64,000 nt of DNA, taken from NCBI GenBank assembly GCA_047495785.1, contig JBLDXI010000004.1:124001-188000 (forward strand), written 5' to 3'. The DNA comes from Lepidodermella squamata. Its lineage: Eukaryota; Animalia; Gastrotricha. The notes beneath the pieces were generated by a model, which was not told the origin of the DNA, made no database searches, and worked only from the letters and a program-made list of their open reading frames with translations. Each line of letters starts with the position of its first letter. The first letter of the stretch is position 1. Both the position numbers and the translations under genes were made by a program. This document shows positions 50,457 to 61,699 of this stretch, in pieces.

Positions 50457-52270
50457 ATGATTTCTTTCACTAGAGCTTCGCTGTTACTGCTCATGCTGGC
50501 GTCGAGCGACGTTGCTTGGGGCAGCAAGCCGTTGAACTGGGTTCGCTGCTTCTCGCAGTTCAGTAACCGATTCACCAGCTGCGTTGAAGCTGCCAATGGC
50601 TGTGATCCACTCAAAGAATATCAGGTTTGCTTCGATGATATTGTTCTTTGAAGCTCGGAAATTGAGATCTTTAATAGCTGGGCTCCATTTTCCGAACAGT
50701 CGGCGTCTGCAACACTGGAGTTTGTTCATTTTCCGTTGACGTCCTGTTCAATAATTCGCTTTTTTCCTTTTTAGAATGCCCGAATGTGCTACAGATACGC
50801 GGGTCTGACCCCTTTTTGCGTGCCTGGAAACGTTGGTTGTAACAACCCGGGTGATATCAATGTAAGAATCGATTTTTAGAATCGATAATTGGAAGAAAAA
50901 CTCATGTTTTGTCGCTCTAATGAAATCATGTTAATAGAATAACACCGTTTTGCTATTATCTACGTTAAAAATTATTATTTTTATCTCAGACGTTCTGGTT
51001 TGACGATCAGGAGCCGACGCTGAGCTTGAAATACAACCTCAACGAATGCGAGAAGCAACGAGCTGTTTTCGAGGTGAGAAGTTTCACACTCCTGTCGGCA
51101 TAACTAATGCATAGTTTTGTCCTATATCCTAGAAATTGCAATTCCGGCGTTGCATTTCAAGCAACGCGATCCAAACATGCGTCCCGAATCCTTACTCGTG
51201 TCCTAACAATTGGGTTAGTTTTAACATTTTTATTCAGATATCATGGCATTTTTAGATTTTTCTCTTCACTGATTTGTCTTGTGTTATAAAATGTTCCGTG
51301 TACATCTAGGTAACTGAATCGACCCTGTACTCAGATTTGACGTCCTGCATCAACGCTACAAGTAAGTCCGAACGCGTTGTTTTCAGTTACCGCAGTGATT
51401 GAACTTTTGCAACTCACAGTAAGTGTTCCAATCACCGAGAAGCCACACATCCGCTGTTTCGATTCGACCACCGGAAAATTCAACGACTGCCGACCGCAAG
51501 GCCCTGGTTGTTTCGCCAGCAATGAAACTCAGCAATACTCGATCGGGGTGTACATCAATCGCGATACTTGCCTGATTGGAGTAAGTTTTGGACGAATATA
51601 CCCACTCGACTATGTACTTTTATTCTGAGCAGAATGCTGTTTCCTGCAAGGATTCATCAAATAGAACTTCTTGTTATGCTGCTTGTCCTCACGCAGGTAT
51701 TGTTCTATCATCGATCAACTTATCTGTTATTGACTGAATTTTTCTCATCAGGATAAGCTATTTGCGGGACTACAGACCTTTCAACTCAATCACAACAAAT
51801 GCATCCAGGATACGTCGCCCGCAGTGAGTTATCTCGCTTGATTACACAAAACGCCAACCTAAATGCAATACCTTTGTTTTTTTTACGAAAAGTCTCCGGT
51901 AAAGAGGTACCTGACGTTTGATATCCCAGCAGATGTCAAAGCCACTGCGGTTTCGAAATGCATCGAAAACAATGCCTCGATAGCTACGATCAAGTCAGCC
52001 GACGAGATCTCCAAGGCCTCACAAGCGATCGGCGCGTATCCTATAGGTACAATGCACTGGACTGGTCTTACTCGGCAAGAAGAAGTTTACAAATGGGACG
52101 ACGGCTCGGATTTGACGTACAACCCGCTGTGGTTTGGGTCTAAAACTGATGGGTGCCTTGTTGCCTTCTATGCTGACAGTACCATGGGATTATCACCCGC
52201 TGGCTTATACTTTTTAAGTGTACAATGCGGCGACCACTTTACAGTTGTTTTATGCGAGACATTTTCGTGA
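50457..52270 (+). CDS. Gene C: secreted Cys-rich repeat + C-type lectin protein (10 exons; apparent frameshift in exon 8)
   Basis: Signal peptide MISFTRASLLLLMLASSDVAWG, then NWVRCFSQFSNRF. Exon-for-exon match to gene D. The last exon has KCIENNASIATI...HWTGL...YKWDDGS...GCLV...VLCE. Confidence 0.78.
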
Positions 52271-52839
52271 TTTTTCTTCTAAGGTAGTAGATATTCGAAT
52301 GATGAAGTAGAGGCAGAAATGGTTGTGAAATGTGAATGATTAGCTGCATAATCCCCAACGTTCTCTATGATTAGCTGTCACATGATTGACTTCGATTGTC
52401 AGTAATAACACTGAATGAATTGCGGAGTAAAACGTTATACTTATGCTTTCCGATCTTTTCGAGACTTGTATCACGCATGTGGCAGGGTACGCGCCTTCGT
52501 AAAAGTCATCTTTCGAATGAAGGATTGAAGGATTCCTGTTCCGTTTTGTACAGCTTACGTTGTATTTACCACGAAAAATCCGAAAACAAAATCAACATTT
52601 CAATCCGAAAATCATTCAAAATTCATTCAAAAATGCCCCATGTGCTTATGCTAAAATAGTCGAATCTCAAGTGTGCAATTAGGCGCATTATGCTTAATTT
52701 GTTCACAGTTTGTTTAGGTGAGTGAGTCATGATTACTCAAACAAATTTTGCAGTCAATTGATTTTTCGGTAACGAAATCGAACCGCACTTGGTTCATTAT
52801 TACCGTAAAAATGCCCAATTTTTGATAGTTTTTCAAGAC

Positions 52840-54312
52840 GTTCAAACGTTGAAGTTCCACAAGATCGGCATGCTTTTCAAATGGTAGGTAATTTTTTATC
52901 TCCACGAAAACAGTACGAAAAACCCTTATCGTTAACAGATTATACAATCTTTCTAATCTGACTTTCTCGGCATCAGTAATTTTCTGTCATTGAAATTATA
53001 TAAAATAATAAATAATAAGAACAATTTAACAATCTACTCACCTCAAAGGTTTTCGCCAAATTTTCTTGTTCCTTCAGCACGGCCTACTTGAAAGCTGACC
53101 TGTGCGACGCCGAACCGATGTGCTGAGAAATTTTCTGATGGACGTGACGTTAATCCAGATTATAATTCACACCATCCTGAGTCCATTCAGCTGAATATTT
53201 GCCCACGTCCAGATCATAACCTTAAAAGTAACGATGGTTGATTAAAAGTTGAAAATTCCAAAAAAATTATGTAATCAATTATTAATTGCAGAAGTTTTTT
53301 AATTAAATAAAAATTTCCATTTTTTCATACCGCATTGACAAAGAGCGCAGAACATTTTCCCGTTTCTAGCGTAAACCGGAACTGCTTGGCCTTTGAGTAT
53401 TTTCTCATCAAACCAAGTGCGAAAGTTTCTCAATGTTTTCGAGCAAGAAGGGAAACTGTCATCTTGTTTTGCTAAGGCTGACTGATGCATGGAAGCAAGG
53501 GCCTTCTTCTCCAATTCAGTACATTGCAAGTAATGGCGAGATTTAGGATTGAAGGAGGAGAATCTGTTTCCGGATAGCTTTTCAACTACAGGCACGGCAT
53601 CATGCGGGAACACGTCGTCTTCGGTCTCAGAATGACGAGGTGAAGTTCGAGATTCAGCCACAGATTTAGGACGCTTCGCATTAGCGGCAGCATTGGGGGA
53701 TGCTGGCCGTTTAGTTGGCGATTTAACGAAGCCGGCTGTTGATTTGGGCCTTGGCTGTGAAGAGCTTGGAGCTGCATCACTCACAGTAGCTGATATGGCC
53801 GATAATGTGACGCCAGTCGTAAACAAGCTATCTATCCGTCTCTGATTTGACGGAATGGCATTTTTTGTTTTAGAAAACGACATTTCTAAATTTGGATAAA
53901 ATAATTTGGATAAAATTTGGATAAGCAATAGATCAAAACAAATACATAAATTTTATTATAAAATAATAAAATAACAAAAAAAATTTGAAATATCAATCGC
54001 GTAAAAAAATCATTCAGAAAAATATTGGCAGCACGCCATTATTAAAATAACGTAACGGTATAGGATATATCGATTTACTCATCAATTTATTTATTTTCAA
54101 TTAATTCAACACAGAGTAGCGCAAATAGCGCGTGAACGATAATACGAGCTTAGCGCGCACAGAGCGCACCAATGAGAGCGCGCAGTCCGTTTAGGTACGG
54201 ATATTGACTATCCGAACCTCGGATAGCGGATAAGCGGAGAAGCTCAGGTGCGAATGGCTCAGGTCTTAGGTACGGATGATCCGAACTCATCCGAACCGTA
54301 CTTTCTACACTG
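52840..54312 (-). mobile_element. Truncated hAT transposon with 5' part of a pseudogenised transposase
   Basis: TIR tactttctacactg at 54312, the same as the MITE at 10271. Spliced remnant MFCALC...EWTQDG...HIGSASH (TTF/BED-type finger) and FRTVFVEIKNYLPFEKHADLVELQRLN. Two in-frame stops. The 8-mer ttcaagac lies on both sides (52832-39, 54313-20). Confidence 0.8.
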
Positions 54313-55042
54313 TTCAAGACCCCCATAGCGTTGTATGGTTTTGATGGGGAGTGAGCACTCTATCTATGGTACTCCATCGACACTCTGGGTTAAGGGCAAT
54401 TTCTTATATGTAGGGCTGTTGACGATCGAAAAGGTTCAGAGCCCCAGATAGTGCCAATTTGTTGCCTTAATGTCCGGCGACCTTGATAAAAGCACCCCCT
54501 TGTTCCTTGTTAAAAGAACAGGTCTGGCGCCAGACGCCGTGCTTTTATCGAGGGCGTACTGTAAATCGAACAAGTTGTTGTTCAAGATCTAGATTTTAAC
54601 ACCCGGATACTGTTTTGCTCGCACCTTGGTTAACACATGGCTTTCAACGCGCTAGTTGTTGAATCTGCTGTCCCAAGATCGAAGATGGCTGATTTTAGTC
54701 GCGAAGACTTAGAAAGCGTAATTAGGTCATTCTTGTTCGTCATGCGACGTCAGCTGTTCAAAGACTGCGTGCTCTGATATGAACAAGTTGGCATGTGAGA
54801 ATAAACAGTCATCATAATCATGAGGGTTTCGGCTTTATCGGCCGAGAAACAGCCGAGGAAGTTGCGATCTCTTATGGTTATGTTCTGGAAAACACAACGT
54901 ATCAAATTTGAGATTTTATTTGAGGCAATTCCTGTTCAAGAAGAGCAAGTACGTGATCACACAAAACGTGGCGATTTTACTTCGTTATCTACTGCTTCCT
55001 ACACCTCGCTTTTTACATTAACGTTGCGGTCTGATGCAAGTC

Positions 55043-57500
55043 TCATGCATATTTCTCGCATGTGACAAATTCGCAACTTGCATCGCAAGGTCTAGCATCA
55101 AAATAATAGTCGTCTTCGAAAAATTGGTACAACATGGCAACACAACCAACTAGCGATGAGTTAGTCCACTGACTGGGAACATAAGTGTAATCTGAGCCAT
55201 CGTCCAATTTCAAATTGCCGTTCTGCCATGTGAGACCAATCCAGGCAGTGTTTGCCGGGGGGAACTGCGACTTCAACACTCGTTTGACCTCAGCCAGCTC
55301 TGCACTCGATTTGATAAGGCCTATTGACGCGTTACTGGCAATGCAATTTTGAGCGCTGGCGGCCTTGTTGGTAGAAGATCCTAGCCAAATGAACTGCTTT
55401 CTTACAGCCAGACAGCTGCTTTCGTCTGCATAGATGGCATTAGCCGGAATTCGATCTTCAGTGTTCGCATCGCAGCCAGCCCCACATCGAACAGAAGCGT
55501 CACTTTTGCTAACGCAGCGTAAATAGTCCGACTGTAAAAAATGCAAAATATAATAATGAAAGTGATAGAGCAAAACCTCAAAGGAATCTTATAGTCAACC
55601 GTTTCAACAAATCAGTGCGCCAAGTGGGATCATCGAGGTCCCCTGTTACGGGATCCTAGGATCCTAGGTTACGGCGGGTACCGTCCACCCAACTCGAGAG
55701 GTACAGACAAGAAAACCCTCAAAAAACAACAAGGGGACCCCCCTGTCTCGAGGATCCTACTCGTAAACTGTCTTCTTGTGTTCTCGAACTCACAGGAGGC
55801 GATATATCCTTGATGCATTTGTCGTAGTTCAGTTGATAGGTCTGTGATAGCGAGAACAGCGCTTCCTGTAATCAAAAACAGCTCATAACTGAGAAAAACT
55901 AGGCTTCGGGACGTTTATCACCTGGCTTTGATCTCGGGGACAAGCTGCGTAGCAAGACAGTCGTCCGGATGAGTCCTTGCATGAAACGGCATTCTGCTCG
56001 AGAATACAACTATATGACGACGGGCAATTTTTAGGGAAAAATGTACTCCTAGCAGGCACGTCGCGCGATTGATGAACACTCTAGACGAGTATTGCTGCGT
56101 TTCATTGCTGGCAGAGCAGCCAGAGATTTGCGGCCGGCAGTCGGTGAACTTTTTGGTCGCAGAATCGAAGCACCGAATGTGAGGATTTTCGCTAACCGGA
56201 GCTGTGACTGAGATGAAAAATGTATTTTGAAAATTAGTTTACTATTCAAATATATACTGCGAAAACAAATCAAAATTCGGTTTTCAGTTTTCGAAAATTG
56301 TTTGAATCACCAACCTGCTCCATTGGTGCACGACGCGAGATTTGGATAAAGAGCTGATTCAGTGACCTAGACGAGAAAAACAAGAAGCAGCGTCAAAAAA
56401 TGTCCACGAGACGTTCCAACTCGCTCACCCAGGTGTTGGGGCATGAGTACGGATCCGGGACACAGGTCACAATTACATTGTTCGAAGTACAGCGCCTGAA
56501 TTTCAAAGTCTGAAGTAACAACGTAGGTGAACTTTCAAATGTTGTGTCAGTTTCCGAATTTTCACCTCGAATACAGCTTTCAGTTTCTCGCATTCGTTCA
56601 GGTTGTATTTCAAGCTTAACGTAGGCTTCTGATCGTCAAACCAGAACGTCTAAACCATGGATTTTTATAAAATCAATAATAAATTGATTAATGATAATGA
56701 ATTTGAAATTATAAATTATAAAATAGAGCGCACACAAATTTAAGCTGTAGTCTTAAAAGAAATGCGAACCCTATCCCTAACAATGACATATAACCCTAGT
56801 AACTAACCCCAACTCATTATCATGGTTATGCAAGAAAGCGCAATTTTATTCACGAAAAAATGTACAGCGCGTCTCAGAAGTTATTTTCGATTTGGCAGCT
56901 TGGTAGGAAATTCAACTAAATTTTGTATTAAACCTATATAGCAACCCTGACCTACCATATTTTATCCGCAATATAACCGAATAATTCACCAGAGAAAACC
57001 CGGAAAACCCCGATGATAACTGCTTCGGTAATTTTCGGTATTTCAATCTTCGCTCCCCTGAATTTTTACGAATTTTCGATAAATTTAATTAGGCTTACAT
57101 TCATATCACCCGGGTTGTTACAGCCGACGTTCCCAGGTACGCAAAACGGGGTAAGAGCCTCGTATTTGTAGCACATTCGGGCATTCTAAAGACGAAACTT
57201 GATTGAGCAAAACTGATTAAAAAAATTATTAGCCGGACCCCAGTGTTACAGACGCCGGTTGTTCGGAAAATCTGGCCCCACTGCAAATAGACAAACAATG
57301 GCCTAGTCTCAGTTGAAATTATATCGAGGAACCTGATATTCGGTGAGTGGATCACAGGCATCGGCAGCAGGTACGCAATTGGTGAATCGGTTGCTGAACT
57401 GCGAGAAGCAACGAACCCAGTTCAGTTCTTTACCCAAAGCCTCGTCACTTAACGCGAACAGCATCAGGGCTAACAGCAGAGCGAATTGATACGAAGCCAT
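55043..57500 (-). CDS. Gene D: secreted Cys-rich repeat + C-type lectin protein (10 exons)
   Basis: Signal peptide MASYQFALLLALMLFALSDEALG. Exons parallel gene C. The last exon reads SDYLRCV...NCIASNASIGLI...AWIGL...DDGS...GCV...PCD...VTCEKYA*. Confidence 0.82.
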
Positions 57501-58873
57501 GGCAGGTCGAATGGGAAAAAAATCAGCTTAAAACTGACGTTAAACGGTTGTAAAAATTATAACGAATGAAACGTAAATGACGGTGCGTTTCAAATTGTTT
57601 GTAGTATTTTTTATTGCGTATTATTTTTGTGGCGTGACACGTGCCCTTTTCATTGATGGCGCGTGTTGGAGAGTTGGAGAGAAAAACAAATGACCACACC
57701 AAAAAAGTGTAATCCCTTGCTCGTATTTCCAGCGAGAAAACTGGGTCAGGGTGCGATCCTGGAATCTGGAGCTGCCATTGACAAATTGTATTCTGTATTT
57801 GCCAGAATTACGAGCGAAGCGTACAATTAGCGTCAAATAAGGGTCAAATTATCATCAAGAGTGAAAACAGAGGAGAATCGATCATTTTAGCCTCGGCTTT
57901 TTGCTGTTTTCAACACATAGAATACCAGAGCTATTAAAAAGAGGAGGAATCGAATGAGTGATCGACTAATTTAGAATTGACAAAGTTGTACATTTTTTAT
58001 ACCTTTTTCGAAGAAATCATATGAGCCGCGACAAGTGAAAACCGTAGCTTACGCATTTAAATAAAATGTTGGCTAGAGCGGAAAAAAGGTTTATCTGTCG
58101 TATTTTATCAAAATCAGCTTTTCGGCAGTTTCTTGTGCAGTTTTTCATGAGGAATCCGCTGGTGCTATTGGTTTTTTTCTACGATGCGTAGTTTTCATGC
58201 TATGTAACAAAAATGCGAGTGTGTCAAAAAGCGTGAAATTCGAGAATTTTGCATTAATTTTTTGGTTAAATTTGGATGCACGAGAAAACTTTTTCCCTTT
58301 GCATTTTTCGCGCGAGAACCCCATATTCATTTTAAAGCTTCTTGCTTGTAGTATTTTTAGACATAAAAACCGCCCATAAATTCGAAACTTGACCTTTGGT
58401 AGTAATGCATCATAAGGCTCGGAAACCCAATTTTCAATTTTAGCCTAGTTTTTTAGTGAATGCATGGCAGTTCTGACTTCGAAATGCTGCTATTATCGCT
58501 GCCCGCTTTCTTCGACTTTACATGGTCGATCTTACGAACTTCTTCGGTTCTTTGTAGGGTAAATAGTTCTGATTAAAAACGGTATCATACTACTGTAAGC
58601 ATTTTTGCAACACCGCACGCGTTTTATTGCTAGCAGGTTTGCTGTTTCACACTCACATCGCGAGTCCGCGCATTTCGCTAGAAATGAGACAACCACGTCA
58701 ATTACTACACTTTCATTCATTAATTGTGTGTGCAGTGAGTGTAGTGAGTTCGACTCGCCTAAATTTCTTTATTAATCAAGCTACTTGCGTGCTTGCGTTT
58801 ATACTTGCAACCAATGCTAAATTCAAGCCATAATTTTACCCTCCAATTTTGCATTTAGCTTGAATCAACTTCC

Positions 58874-60682
58874 ATGGATTCCGACAGGTCTTTTTCCGAT
58901 TCAGAATCTGAGATTGATTTGGAATTCGGGTCAGAATTTAACGTCGAGCACTATTCTCAGAATAGCTTGGCAATCGACGAATTACCGCCCATGAAGTTGA
59001 GTCAGGAAGCCAGCCAGGATCCAGATTATGTTCGAATCAGGTTGAAAGTAGAAGAAGAATGCTGCACAAAGCGTTGCTTGAAGAAACTGTCTGTTGAATC
59101 AATTTACAAGCGTCGGTTGCAAATGAGAGAATTGCCTCGTTCGTACCGAGTTGCTTTCATTCACGGCGTCGCGAATTTTGTGGCTGATTTCAAGAAAGAT
59201 CGCTTCAAGAATTATCATGTTGATGGTATTCATGTTTGTCGAAAGGCCTGGCTTTTTTGTCATAAAATTCATGATTCTACTTTGATCCGCGTGTCCAGAC
59301 ACGTTGCCGAGAGTTGTGCCGAGGAAATTGAGCACGGAAACCGGGGCAAAGGCAGGAGATCGCCTCACGAATCTGTCAAATATGTCGTCAATTTTCTGCG
59401 ACAAATCGGATCCGAGCGTGGCATTCCTTACCCGGCGACCCGAAAAGGGCGCGACGAAACACCCCCGATTTTCCTACCTGCCGACTCGAAAAAAGACGCT
59501 ATTTATGATGAGTACACGCAAGCAATCGGCGAATTCAATGAATCAATCGATTGTGAAGCTGATCGTCTAGTTAAAGTCAGCCTGACGTCGTTTAAAGGCA
59601 TCTGGAATTCTATTCTTCCGAATTTAATCATTCAAGATCCGAAAACCGATACTTGCGAAAATTGCGAGGCCTTAAGAGACGAGTATGCGAACATTTATCG
59701 AAATCTCGAATTAGAAGAAAGAATGACTGTTGAAAACGAGTTCAAAGAACGTTTCATGTTGCATTTCGAATCGGCGATGAGAGAGCGAGACAACTACAGG
59801 GAGTCAGTGAGCGAAAGCCAAACTTTGGTTTACCAACATCAGCTGCTCTGGTCATTCGGAACGTCTGATTATGCTCAGGGTGTATTTCTGCCTCGACTTC
59901 AGCGCCAGCCGGGTCCTATTTATTTCTTGGTGGGTCTGAGAGTTAACGTATTCGGGTTTTTGAGCGAGCGCACTCGCAAGCAGCTTTTTTTTGTGTTTCA
60001 CGAGGGCGAGACGATTGACAAGGACAACGGCTCCGTTCACACGCCGAATGCCGTTATTTCGATGGTAGATTTCGCTCTCAGCCACGAGTTATTCTCGACT
60101 GAGGAGATTCAGCTCTTTGCTGATAATTGTCGAGCTCAAAATAAGCACCGTTATTTGATAGCTTACCTTTGCTGGCGAATAGTGACTGGGCTCAACGGCA
60201 ACATCACGCTTTCATTCATGTTGCCTGGCCACACTAGGTGCAACGTCGATGCGAACTTCGGCAAATGGAAGCAGACGCACGTTCGCACTGATGTGTATGA
60301 CGTAGATGGTATCGCTAGCTGTATTCAAAGAGCGAATCCGGAATCGATTGTGATTCGAAAACGCGATTTTGAGTGGCGGGACTGGAAATCGTTCCTCTCA
60401 GAGTTGGATTGTCAAGAAATTACCGGGATAGCATCACATCAACATTTCAAATTTGACATCGAAAGGCCGCGATCGGTCATGATGAAGTTGCTTATTGATC
60501 GCCATGATTCGATAAAAGAAAGGATCGTATTTCCGGAGGATATCGAAATTCCGTCGGAAAAACCCGTGCCTTTGGTCCCAGGAGGCTTATCAGGTCAACG
60601 AAAGCAGTATTTAAAATCCAAAGTGATGAAATTCGTTCCCTTGGCTGGAAAGGCCAAATTCTCAGCTATTATTGGCGAATGA
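58874..60682 (+). CDS. Intact 602-aa Sola-like DDD transposase
   Basis: Single ORF with CC..RC, VCRKAW, EHGNRG, PKTDTCENC, SDYAQ, FADNCRAQNKH and FMLPGHTRCNVDANFG motifs, typical of this transposase group. The superfamily label is from memory of motifs. No TIR pair found. Confidence 0.7.
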   Translation: MDSDRSFSDSESEIDLEFGSEFNVEHYSQNSLAIDELPPMKLSQEASQDPDYVRIRLKVEEECCTKRCLKKLSVESIYKRRLQMRELPRSYRVAFIHGVANFVADFKKDRFKNYHVDGIHVCRKAWLFCHKIHDSTLIRVSRHVAESCAEEIEHGNRGKGRRSPHESVKYVVNFLRQIGSERGIPYPATRKGRDETPPIFLPADSKKDAIYDEYTQAIGEFNESIDCEADRLVKVSLTSFKGIWNSILPNLIIQDPKTDTCENCEALRDEYANIYRNLELEERMTVENEFKERFMLHFESAMRERDNYRESVSESQTLVYQHQLLWSFGTSDYAQGVFLPRLQRQPGPIYFLVGLRVNVFGFLSERTRKQLFFVFHEGETIDKDNGSVHTPNAVISMVDFALSHELFSTEEIQLFADNCRAQNKHRYLIAYLCWRIVTGLNGNITLSFMLPGHTRCNVDANFGKWKQTHVRTDVYDVDGIASCIQRANPESIVIRKRDFEWRDWKSFLSELDCQEITGIASHQHFKFDIERPRSVMMKLLIDRHDSIKERIVFPEDIEIPSEKPVPLVPGGLSGQRKQYLKSKVMKFVPLAGKAKFSAIIGE

Positions 60683-60964
60683 TCACTTTTTATAGCGTTA
60701 ATTTTGATTAATAAAGTGCGAGTTTTTTTCTAAATTTGTTTTTTGCTTCTCCTGAAAAATCGCTTATTTTTAGTGCGCATACTAATAATAATTATATCTC
60801 TGCAACGCAAGCGAATTTCGAAAAACGGATTGCAGATTTGAAATCAGCGATAAAATCTGCATGGGAATATGAGTTCAACTCATTTTCGAAAAGTTCACGT
60901 CACGCATTGTCCTTTTATTACTGAGATTTCGGATATTTTTTGGATATTTGAAACGTTTTTTTGA

Positions 60965-61445
60965 TATTTGAGCGCGGAGTATTTATCAACAAGGGATAGA
61001 AGAAAATAATTGAATTTGCTGTAAGACATTTCAACATCGAGGAAGAAATCATCCCAATTTACTTCATTCAGACTTTTACCGATCTGGAGAAAGTCAGCCT
61101 AATGAAAATTATAATTCAATATTTCAGGGGTTATCCGCGAAAGAGGAGAATATGAGTTCACATCGATATCAAAGCGAATGGAAAAATGGTCGTTGGTGGA
61201 GAAGGGTTGGGACTTACATATATTGAAAATACTACGACTGGTGTTTGAAAGAACAACATCAAAAATTGATTCACTGTCTTTTTTAGTAGGTTCAAACACA
61301 TTTTGTTAAAACGAATTTTTCGACAAGCAGTCCAGAAATAGAGCTTCCATTTTAAGATAAGATTTGTTCAGGTTTTCCAAGTCGATTTTTTGGCAAATTT
61401 AGATCACCAACTACAAAGATTTGATGAGAGCAGTCGGACAGGTAA
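60965..61445 (-). mobile_element. Degenerate CR1/L2-like LINE fragment (APE endonuclease C-terminus)
   Basis: IFVVGDLNLP..D, QNVFEPTK, IFDVVLSN, PFSTNDH, YNF..ADF...VNW; contains stops and a frameshift. Confidence 0.8.
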
Positions 61446-61699
61446 GATAGGAGAGAACACATCGTTTTACCATAGTCATAGTCATAATCAGCGGGAGAAT
61501 AATACATTATGCTTCCGTATTGCAGGATCAAAGGTCAACTCCCGAAAAAAATTGTTATTGCGTTTGTTTATATCTCTGCGTGCATAATTTTCGTCGCTTC
61601 GTTACTTCGTGGTTCCTTCGTTTCCGGCAAAAATATGTATTCGATTTTTCCGATTTTTCTGTCTCTATTCACGGCTTCCAATATCGCACCCGGCCCCAG

